Under the pieces are notes generated by a model. That model was not told the origin of the DNA. It did not search any database and saw only the letters and a program-made list of their open reading frames with translations. From Macrostomum lignano (Eukaryota): a stretch of 64,000 nt of DNA. The DNA is taken from positions 289,579 to 353,578 of the forward strand of contig NIVC01001135.1 in assembly GCA_002269645.1 (NCBI GenBank), read 5' to 3'. The position numbers and the translations under genes are program-made. How positions within the stretch are numbered: the stretch's first letter is position 1; each line of letters begins with the position of its first letter. Below are positions 39,472 through 51,250 of the stretch, piece by piece.

Positions 39472-39480
39472 TACACTGCG

Positions 39481-40800
39481 ATGAACTTGCTGCTTGGACC
39501 AGAAGCGCTTGCGTTGAAGAGTGAATTGTCTATATTTGATCCACCCCATGTACAGTCAAGTGTTGTTCAGAGTTAATTTATGCATTATCAACCTCAGCAC
39601 GGCTTGGCACGAGGGACTCTCAAATTGAATTTGAACTGCCTCGATCCTGGTGATTTTTACATCAAAGCTAAACTGAAATTTTTGACAGTTGGATTCCGTG
39701 TTCGAGATTCAGACAATACAGCCATTGACGAGGCCAAAAACTACGTATCCCTGAGTAATCTTCCTTTGGCGGCTCTTTTTCAAGATGTGCAGCTAAGCAT
39801 TGGCGACACAGTCGTCGATGGCGGGAATTTCCTCTATTTTTACAAATTAGCCATGTCTCTAAGCCTGTTGTAATATGATAAAATTGCTCAAAAGGGACCG
39901 ATGAAAGCATGGGGATTCCGAAAAGACACTACAGGAGCAATGGCCGGATGTTGTGGGCGACTTAAATGTCGGCTGCATGCAAAGGCGTGCGCTGATAGCA
40001 GACGATAGACTCTGTGTCATTTCGGGCCCGCTGTTTCTCGACATTTTTGGTCAGCCCGGCTATCTAATTTCAAAGCTTGGCTTGCGCATCAAGCTGATCC
40101 CCGCAGACGCCAAGTTTGTGCTGCTCGCAGCAAGCATTGGCACGAACGTTCTGAAGGCCTACAATATCGGCATTGTTCGTGCAGAGCTTCGTATGCGCTA
40201 TATTCAACCATCGCCCAGTGTCATTGTAGCACACACGGATGAACTGAAACGACAGAACGCTGTGTACCCGATGAAATCACTGCAGATGGGCATATTCACA
40301 GTGCCGCAGGGAACATCAAGCTACACCAGGGAAAATCTGTTTCAAGGATATGTTCCGAAGCTACTCATAGTAGCGTTTGTGCCAAATCGCGCTTTTAACG
40401 CGAGTCTAGAATCCCTTCAATTTCGTGCATGCACACGTCTCTTTTTTGGTGTGTATGTGAATGGGGAGCCCTGCGCCGGACGGCCTCTTCAACCAAATGT
40501 ACAGCAAGATGGATGCGAAATGGAGTACACTTGGCCACGGCAGCAACCATGGGTCTGTACTTGCGAAACCGAGATATCGGTTTTGACATGGACGTGTACT
40601 TGACTGGATACTGTCTTTACGCAGAAATTTGAGTCCAGAACTCGAAGCTGGTGGTGATCCCCAGCCTATAAAAGTAGGAATGTACGACTGGAGATGAAAT
40701 TCAGTACCCAGACAGCGGCAGTGTATAACGTAATAATTGGAAGCGTCTTTTACAGGGAACTGCCATTGACAGAATTTCGAGACGTTGTACCAAGTACATT
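39481..40800 (+). pseudogene. Polinton/Maverick (adintovirus-type) double jelly-roll major capsid protein pseudogene
   Basis: MNLLLGPEALALKSELSIFDPPHVQSSV, SNLPLAALFQDVQLSI, ISGPLFLDIFGQPGYLISKLGLRIKL, ENLFQGYVPKLLIVAFVPNRAFN, VYVNGEP...PLQP, GYCLY, GNVRLEMKF follow the Polinton MCP motif order. In-frame TAA stops near 39574 and 39871 plus frameshifts. Confidence 0.88.
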
Positions 40801-40835
40801 ATGGAATGTAAATGTTCCCATCATATCCCGGCCCT

Positions 40836-40965
40836 CCATTCTCTTACACTATCATACCCTCCATTCTCTCACACTATCATACCCTCCATTCTCTCACACT
40901 ATCATACCCTCCATTCTCTCACACTATCATACCCTCCATTCTCTCACACTATCATACCCTCCCTT
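40836..40965. repeat. 25-bp tandem repeat (CCATTCTCTCACACTATCATACCCT)n
   Basis: About 5 copies immediately after the capsid relic. Confidence 0.9.
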
Positions 40966-41380
40966 CTCTCACATTTATAAACTCACATTCATATCTCACC
41001 CCCTCTCACCCCCCTATCTTATATCCTACTTATCCTAATTTTTGTCGATTCAATTTTTTCTTTCACTCGCTTTAACATGATGCAATTACATTCTTTCCAC
41101 TTTGGAAGACAGTTGACTTTTCGAACTCAATCAATGTTCGCCGCACACAATAGTAAATGTATATTAATCAAACATTGACTGTCCTTGGGAAATCTGCAAC
41201 AACGACGAAGTTATTATCAACGGGGGGGGCTGTGTGGTAGTCGAGTTAGTGTAAACTATTTTTTTGTTTTTATTACGAGTAACTAGCTACGGCAAGTAGA
41301 ACCGATAGATCGAAGGTTTTATCAATCGGGACGACAAAACGACTGGAATTCATGTAGGATTCCAGGTAAATTATTTTACA

Positions 41381-41605
41381 AAGCTATTTCGTTCCTAGTC
41401 ACTTCGTCATCTGATATGACGAAATGAAATATGACGATCTGACCATGCCAGTGACCCATGAATTCACTTGGAATTGATACGATTGGTGGATGACGAAATG
41501 ACTCTCTTCGGGTAGTGGATGCTAATTAAGATGACTAAGTGACCCTAATCGAGTTGGGTTGATGACACCCCAGATGACGAAATGACTAGGAACCATTTAT
41601 AGCTT
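41381..41605. mobile_element. About 225-bp MITE with about 33-bp imperfect TIRs
   Basis: Left AAGCTATTTCGTTCCTAGTCACTTCGTCATCTG versus right CAGATGACGAAATGACTAGGAACCATTTATAGCTT; an extra internal GATGACGAAATGACT motif. Confidence 0.7.
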
Positions 41606-42859
41606 TTTCATGGAACATTCCGGAAGAATGTTTTAGAAAGGGTTCGCGCGGGAATTCAAATTACTATGTATGTATTTGGAATATATTTATCGCGGAAATT
41701 TCAAGAATGAGATATTTACTGCATGGTTGACAAGTTCGCGAATGTTTAGTACAAAGTCACTACAAACATTTTAATATAAATTTTCATCCCTGGCACGTAC
41801 GAATGACCTACTGTACTTTTGTATAGCATATGCAGCTATAGCTATAATATGGCGTTGTAGTTATATTATACATTTAGCCATGCATACGGTACAGTTTACA
41901 CATAGACAACTTAAAGCAGTTAATTAACCCTTAGACCTACATGTACTGTACTAATTCGACCTTGAGTTTGCAGTGTACATGTACAAGCATAATCGTAAAC
42001 TTTCTTCTTGGGTTTATCGTTAAATTTAATTTAGAAGAGAAGATCCCTAATTGTTTATATCTTATTTCAAAGTTTAAAATGCATCGTCACAATATAAGGA
42101 AACGTCAGCAAACGCGGATTATAATTGTTTCTTGGACTTGGGGGTGTGTACGTGGAGGAGGCCGGGAATACTTTTTCAATAAGATAGTTTTTTTCAGACG
42201 GAACAGGGGAATACAATGCTATACGGGTTGCGGTCTAGCTTTTTCATTAGTCCCTCAGGAGGTCAAAATAAAAGTAAGCTCGTATAGGTAGCTCGTATGG
42301 AATAATTTCACAGAGCAGCTTACCCTGCAGAGGCAGAGCACGTAACAGCTGGCAAACAACTGCAACAGCAGGCTTCCGAGCTGCTCGCGGCTTCTGCCTG
42401 CACAGCTATGGGTCATGCTCAAACTGAGGTTACTTAACTCTGGGCGTGTGCTGGATTTTGTGACTGCATAAAATGTAGACCCCGGAAACAAAAATTCCTA
42501 GCACAAATTCCAATCACTCGCGAGCAAGCTTTGGAATCTAATAAAACCTAGCATACTTCTTGAACTGGAATATTGAACAGGCTATAATATGGAATCTGCA
42601 TGAACATGGTACGTTTAGCACGTGTCTGCAATTAATCCCCGCAATTAAAATTTCGTCCTCTTCACATCGAAAGGTTATATTTTTAAAACCTCCAAAAGTC
42701 TGATCGTAAGCACTGACTTACCAGGCATGCGCACATCCTAGTTTCAGTCTAGGCAGAGGTCAGAGGATTCACATCAACTATAATCTATGGTAAAATACAC
42801 ACTCCGTTCCGGTCGGTTATGGCCGTAAGTAGAACTTTTAGAACGAGATCTTCCTTGTT

Positions 42860-44200
<1,341 letters not shown>

Positions 44201-44650
44201 GACTGAGACGGATAAAGTATAGGGAACAAAAACTTAAGGAGCCCAAGAACCACTGTAGTATAAAGCACGACTGTATAAGCTGTTAAAAAAGCTAGACGAG
44301 TGAGGAAACAGATCAGCTTCTCTGTTTGAACTGACTGGGTCTAGGAAAAAGCACGCTTCTTATACTGTTCGTGTTACCCATCCCTCTTGTACAGGGACCA
44401 GTGTGCCTTCAGTCTAGAAACAGGCTACTTAGATGTACAGTTTTGTTTCTTTTTCTGCCCTAGTCGGCTGAATCTTTTAATAAGCATTGCTTACCATGCC
44501 GACCGGAACGGAGAGAAAAAATATCCATGGCTCAGTCAGAAGCCAAATAGTCTATGGTAAGCACGGCTAAAAAAGTAATTAAATAAAAAGTTATAAGAAA
44601 TCATGCATACGCATGCACTTCCTCAACAACCACAGAGCAGAGAAGCCACC

Positions 44651-44812
44651 ATGCTAGAAGACGAAGACGTTGTTAGCAAAGCCTCGCAGACGACAAGTTG
44701 GCGGACACTGCTGGGCGTTTTCTGCGCGGCTGCCGTTGTAGGATTCTGCGCTACCTCTGCGATCCTCATGCTGATGTCGCGGACTCGAGGAGCTGCGGGT
44801 GTTGCGAATTGA
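44651..44812 (+). CDS. Candidate 53-aa single-pass membrane micropeptide (or 3'-terminal exon)
   Basis: Perfect GCCACCATG Kozak context; hydrophobic TLLGVFCAAAVVGFCATSAILMLM followed by SRT; a diverged paralogue lies at 46057-46220. Confidence 0.45.
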   Translation: MLEDEDVVSKASQTTSWRTLLGVFCAAAVVGFCATSAILMLMSRTRGAAGVAN

Positions 44813-46056
44813 ACTGCTGCCGGAAGTCCCCAGCTGGCATGTGAGCTGAACGAAAGTCGATTGACATGCTCCACGCCACAGTTGGTCATTCTGCAGACAA
44901 AATGATTGCCGATGGCAAGCATATTCGTTTATCCATTCCTCTGTTGCGTGCATGTGATACACAAATGATACTCACACGATTTCATATTTTACCGTACGAC
45001 ATCAATATGATTCAATCATTCTAACATGTCTCGTCTATGAATCACTTCCCCGTAAAGCAATCTCACGTCTGAGAAGACGTTTTCAACGTCCTGTGTGCGA
45101 CGTCGATTACTTTATTAAGAACAAAGTACTTTTGCAGGACTTTCGATTTTCAACCGACGTTAGCTAAGGTACCTAAGACGGGGAAAAACAACTTATCTGC
45201 ACAAAAAAAGAAAAAAAGATGTTTTTGTGCATCTGAATCCGTCATGAGTGTAATGTAGAAAATACCCATTTACAATGGAATCGAATTAGTCTAACCGTAG
45301 TATCCCTTGCTAAATCTCTAAATATCCGGAACTGTCCCCTGCCAGCTGGTACAAAATAATTGCAGTCACAGGTAAATTACTCGTAAGAACATATCTCTAG
45401 GTTCTACATTCATCTACGTGTCTACATATGCGAGGCTCGTGCATGTACTACAAGTAAAATAGCTATATACAGTCCTGAAAATTCCCTCTAGCAAAACATC
45501 AGGTCAATGCTTCGAGTGAACTACATGTCCGAAATGTGTACACTTCGTATCCATATAGTATGTTTAAATACAGTTTGACAACATTGGCAAGTATCTCCGG
45601 TAAAGCAGATGGAGTTTATCGTTAATAAGTATGCGCTCTCGTACAAGACCGAGAGCGCAGGTTAGCCAGTGTATAGAAATAGTTTACAATGCATTCAGGT
45701 ACAGGACACAGGGCACACCTAAAGGAATTGAGATGAGGCTGCTAAAATCGTAGATACGGAGAATAAAGTGAAAACCCTGCATGCTCGCTCAAAAACTAAT
45801 TTAAGTTATTGCGCGTAAGAGAAATTATAATTAAATGTGTATATGCGCAGGTACTTGCTTAAGTTGTCCATGGCGAAGCAGCCACCACATAGGAATAATA
45901 AATGACTAATTTGCTTAGCTAGCACTGTTCTACATCTATAAATAGCTGTGAGACTCAGCGCTGCAGTGATCAAGTGGGCCCCGATGGCGCATTCTTGACA
46001 TAAAATTCTAGAAACAAGCGGGACACGCCCGAGGCTTTCGCCAAGAAAGAAAATCA

Positions 46057-46220
46057 CTGCCAGCAGACGAAACGGTGGCTAGTAAGCCTCGTCGACGACC
46101 AATTGGCAGATGCCGCTGGTTGTCTTCGGTATGGCTGCAGCTGCCGGCTTCTGCGCAACGTCATTGTGCATCATTCTGTTGTCTCGGACTCAAGCGTCTA
46201 TAGACTCTATACAGACCTGA
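46057..46220 (+). other. Paralogue of the 44651 micropeptide, with one 1-bp shift near 46086
   Basis: DETVASK(A)SSTTNWQMPLVVFGMAAAAGFCATSLCIILLSRTQASIDSIQT* versus DEDVVSKASQTTSWRTLLGVFCAAAVVGFCATSAILMLMSRTRGAAGVAN*. Confidence 0.45.
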
Positions 46221-48364
46221 CCTGCAGAGGGTCGAGTTCACTCTTCCAAGTTCCACAAAGTCGAAAGTTTTACGTCTCGGCGCGGACGACGTGGTCCTAG
46301 CTGAAGTGACCTTACATGTACCTGCAGTAATAGGGATACATGGATAATCGTTGCCCGGATTTGTCTGCCGTTACCAACACAGGACTTTACCTCCAGCTGG
46401 TGTCACAAATGCTTTACCGAAGTCGGTATGATATTGAAAATCTCCTCTCATCCTTTGACCCTACGTATTTTCGGTTCTCTCTCAGTACATACAGTATACA
46501 TACAAGGGTACTATCCTACATATTAAATAATTTTTCCTCAAATTGTTTTCATCAAACATTTGATGCGAATAGTTTAATATTAAAAAAATAAGAAGACTAA
46601 AATTATGACTAACATGATAAGATCGAACTATTGAAGTTATCGAAACAGGCTAATTTTCATTTTGTTTTATTCTTTCAAAAATTAAATTGTTTTTGTTTTA
46701 CTTAAAGTAGTGTGCTTTAAAAATGAATATTTAGAATAGCTCTTGATTTTATGCGCAAATTGTCTGCATGCGGGTTGGGCTTGTCTTGGGGCAAATATCA
46801 AGGACAACTTAAGCAGAAATGTATGTTACGTAAGTAGTCCTTGGCAAATCTACTGTTAATTGTTCGGAAAAAGGAAAGGTTATTGATACACAGATATAGT
46901 TAGCTTAGCTACATAAGTACCACATAGTACTGCTAAATAATATATTCTGTACTGTTGCTTACTTTAATAAATTTCTTTGGTGCACAAAGCTGCACAGAAT
47001 ATTTACCGTAAACTCGCAACACGGGTTCGTGCTGCCTTACTTTCCTCTGAAACAAAAATTACGCGATCCGCAAAACCAAAAATTCCACTTGAAAGAAGGG
47101 CATGCCAGCATGCAACCAGAAGTAGAAAGTGACAATAGCTTAAATAGTTTTCTTTTTAGGCGCGGCTGGCTTCCATATCCACAGTATTGTCTAAGAATGG
47201 GCCAAAACTTGGATAGCTTTAGCAACGCAGATACGACATTTCATACGACGGCAAGGCTAACAGGATGCATCGCAACACGGTCAAAATTGCAATGAGTGTA
47301 CAACAGGCAAACGAAACGTCAGTCATATTATCCTGTGCGTGTAGTTTCTCACGTTTTGTTTTTATGTCCCCAGCTGTTTGACCTTTTCTACAGTCTGTTC
47401 GTTCGTGACATCGATTAATTTAAAAACAAAAATAGACAGAAAAATATTTGAAAAATGGCCAATCCTTGCATATCCCTTGTCGGTAAATTGAATTCATCCC
47501 GTGAGTGCTCTCCTGTGCAGCAGCTGGGGCTGCTAGCTGTGGCATCGAAGACTGCAAGTCATGATCCTTTAACTTTAACAGCAGCTGCGCCCGTGACATT
47601 TTACTTCGATGCAGGTCGCCAAGATCCTTTATACTCCCCTTCCTTGCTTAATCTTGTCCATATAGAATGTAGCCAACAATTTTCTACCGGAGAGTGAGTG
47701 TTGTGGACTTTCATTATCTTGTGCAGCAGGAAAAGTCGCGCAAGGCTGAAGCATCCACTTTGCTGAACTCGTAGATCAAGATTGACTCCGCGCGGCCGTC
47801 TGCCATCCCCGCAGCGCATTTGCATTTGATTTCCCGGACTTGCCATGCCACGCTGAACCCGACACCCGCTGCTGGCCCGCGAACAAATATGCTAATTTCG
47901 TGGGAGAGTCAATATATATTCTGCTACAGTCAACAAATCACGCGACTCGGTTAATTTTTGCAGTTTCGATTCTCAAATTTATTTCCGGGCTTCAGAAACT
48001 TTTGCCTTTCTTCCACTATCAAACAGATTTGCCAACAACATCAAAAAGTTTTTAATCATTTTTCTGACTAAAACTAAAGCAGAAACCATTCGCTTTGTCG
48101 CAAAACCTTGATATCGAACTTATAATTTAGCGGTGAAAATTTCCGTGGAATAATTGTGTTAAAGTTCACTACTAGTTTGAAATTGACTACAAAACAAGTT
48201 GTTTTGAAATTACAGAAAATTTAACAAAGAATAGAAGAGAACTATCTGCAATATTAGTGAACTCGAGATACAATCAAACGAGTCTATGTCCATACGAGCT
48301 GAAGAGTCTTATCTTTAGACAGCCAATTATTGTCCTTTCAAAGCCATTTGTCTTCTTCAAGAAT

Positions 48365-49704
48365 CTACAATTTCAAAGGCAGCAGGCTCAGAAAAAGCGT
48401 CAGGGCCAGCGAAGTCAGCAGCTGAGGCGCCTGAACGCAGAGTTGAGCTGCCCCGCTGACCTGACAGAGCTCCCGGTTGCCATCATGGCAGGTCAACTGG
48501 TGAATGGCGATGCCAAGTGGCCAACTGGCTGAGTAGCCCCTGATGCTGTCCGTGATTAAGAGCGTTTGGTTATCCGCGAACCTGTAGCCTTCGGTAAGCA
48601 GAGTTGCCACGTAGACACTGTTCATGCAGAGGTACGGCTCGTACTGACCAGTGACTGGTGGATTGACGCACACTGCCCGAGCTGCTTGGGCTAGTTCGCC
48701 GACTTTGACGTTCCCTGGAACCGAGCTGGACAAAAGCCTGTTCTATTTAACATAAAGGCAGTGTAGTAGAAGGAGCTGATGGCCACAAAGTTGCCCACTC
48801 TGACCCCGGGCGGTTGGTGCACGGGCACGATACGCAGCGGGATGCGAGCGATCTCAGAGCACAGACGGTGCCGATCGGAGCCGGCGACGCCAGCTTCGCC
48901 TCCCACGTTGATTGAAACTGTGCCAAAGCTGAAGGTGGACCGGTAGGCCGGGTTAAGGCATGGCGAGGTGTACAGGTCCTTATTTGGTTCGCTACTGTTG
49001 TGGCCGAACATGTATAGAGCGGCCTGTGACATACCCAAGCCGAGGTAGCTGTGCTGGTGTAGGACGTAAGACTTTCCGCGAACGGTTTTGAACACCTTGC
49101 GATATTTGTCGTTCGCGTTGTCAGTTTTGGGCACAAAGGTGATCTGTGTAGAGCCGCCGCCGAGGTCCAGCATGCCGAAAGTTTCACCGCCGGGCTTATC
49201 GAAGGAATCCATGAGGAAGTTGACGGCTACCCAACCAAATTCTGCCTCTTCCTGGCCGCTGATGACGCGCACAGCACGCTTATCAGTGCTGGGCACCAGG
49301 AAGCTGGACCGACGGAGAATCTCGGCAACAGCGCGGACGACACGGTCTCGCTGTTCAGGCGTCAGCAGGCGCAGGCCAGCCGTGGCGCGCACGATGACGC
49401 TAGTTTCGGCGTGGTACTTAGTGGGAACTTTCTCAGTAGCAAATTCCATCAACGGCTTGAGGTTCTCACGAAGTCGGGGAAGTGCATTAGGAAAGGCCGA
49501 TAGGCCGGGATTGACTTTCTCCTCCTCGAGGCTCTCGATGCGCAGACCAGTGGAGTGGCTGAAGTCGGTGCGGAATGAAAACACATTGATACGGGTCCCC
49601 GTGCTGCCGGCGTCAAGCACCAGAATGTACTTCTTATTGGACGAAACAAGAGGCGCTGCTGTCGGCAGCAGGAGCAGCATCGGCAGGATCTTCGGCAGCA
49701 GCAT
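48365..49704 (-). CDS. GDA1/CD39-family NTPDase (apyrase), single exon, one frameshift near 48735
   Basis: ACR1 LDAGSTGTR, ACR2 PGLSAF, ACR3 ATAGLRLL and ISGQEEAEFGW, ACR4 LDLGGGSTQ, HSYLGLG, ACR5 SWPLG. N-terminal signal peptide and hydrophobic C-terminus. Adding one T to a T-run joins the two ORFs. Confidence 0.92.
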
Positions 49705-50639
49705 CTTTGCTGTGTAGAGAAAGTTTCTTTCGAAAACGTCCAATGCAGTTGAATTTAGCTAAGCGTTCGGTACAACATATGAACGCATTCCATTGGCCAG
49801 GCAATTCCCTGCCACTGCGCCTCTCTGTGAATGGACCAAAGTCATTGCAAATTTCCTTGTGACATTTTCAACACTACGGTTCACATCACGGGCGTTTCTG
49901 CCTGGTTGCGCGCTGGATAAATAATGATAGGAAGCAGCAACATAAAGCTAAATTGTGCCTGCAGCGGTTGGTAGCTCAGCGATGGGAACTCGACCGAATA
50001 TCTCGACCTCGGGGTCATAAATTCATAAATTAGCTGGTTAGAGGAGAGTTCCCAGTGCAGTGACAGCTATTAGAGTGGCTGATCTACGAAAGTGAGGAGC
50101 TAGATACTGCATGAGAATTGCACTTGGTCGTCAAATTGGATATCCGAATTAGAATAATCGAGTTTTAGAGCAAATGTCACATTTTAAATTGTGCAATTTC
50201 CTGTCCAAATTTGTTATTCCGCTTTTTTTGATAACCGACACTGCTGGTATGAACGCTTGCCAAGTCATGCTTTGACGGGTCCACGAACTCTGTGAATAGA
50301 CAACTGCAAACTGCAGCAAATTTGAATGCAACACACACACACTTACACGAAAGACTTGGAAAGCCTGTTTATGGCATGAACCTCTTATGTTTATCCATGC
50401 GCTAGCCAGCCTCGCCTCTCGAGCTATAGGACTCCAACAACGAATAAAATCGGGCCGTTGTAAACACAGGCCATGGCTGCATCTGTAATACGCTATTTCC
50501 TCAGGTATGAAGCTCAAGGCACTGTCTAAGCCCATAAAACCTGGCTGCTACACTACCAAATCGGCTTGTCAAAGTACGCCGTGGAAATAAAGTAAAATTA
50601 CAGCAATCACTCCATCCTAGATTGACTTTCGCGATCGAT

Positions 50640-50960
50640 TCAACTTCGCTATCTAATTTGTAATTTCATAACATGTTCACCTCATCAAACGAAAAACGAG
50701 CGCACCTATGCCCCAATAATATAAGTTTCAATTTTTCTGACTGAATCGCAAAAGGTTGAACGTTCGGAACGTTCGGCATGGGTTCTAATAAGAATCGATT
50801 GATATGGAAGCTGTCAATCACCACGCTGTGGACTTCTACAGTCAGCAATTCTATAGGACCTTAAGCAAGATAAATTGCACTTTAGAGGTCGTTGGGGCTC
50901 ATACCCTCGATGGCCATCTTGGCAGAAAGGCGGAAAACCGGAGTTATTTGAGTGCAATAA
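50640..50960 (-). mobile_element. Possible P-element/THAP9-like transposase relic
   Basis: In one frame with stops: MSPNDL*SAIYLA*GPIELLTVEVHSVVIDSFHINRFLLE...RFSFDEVNML, resembling the V.siV.D...N and F.D.vHl.K motifs. Highly decayed. Confidence 0.3.
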
Positions 50961-51250
50961 AGTCTTTTTTCAATACGCGCCCAGTTTCCTGATTTTAGAA
51001 GAAGTTGACGCCACTGTCAAAGAAAAACGATCTGACCCGTACACAAAATGATCAGCACTCATTCGATGGCAAGATTGTGTGAAAAAAGACTGGTCAAGTT
51101 AATTGAGACATGATTCGAAAGTTTGCTGTCTTTTTTGCTTATTTAGTAATAAAAAATTGCAAAAGCAGTTCAGTAAATTTAATATATTATTTGATTCAAT
51201 TCGATTTTAAGATGATGGATTTGAGTTGTCGCTCGTTTTATATTCAATTT

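Noticed and set aside
42714-42735. U1 snRNA-like start (ACTTACCAGGCA)
   Set aside because: The similarity stops after about 11 nt; no U1 stem-loops or Sm site.
49960-50030. tRNA gene (GGTAGCTCAGCG A-box)
   Set aside because: No B-box/T-arm or cloverleaf follows.
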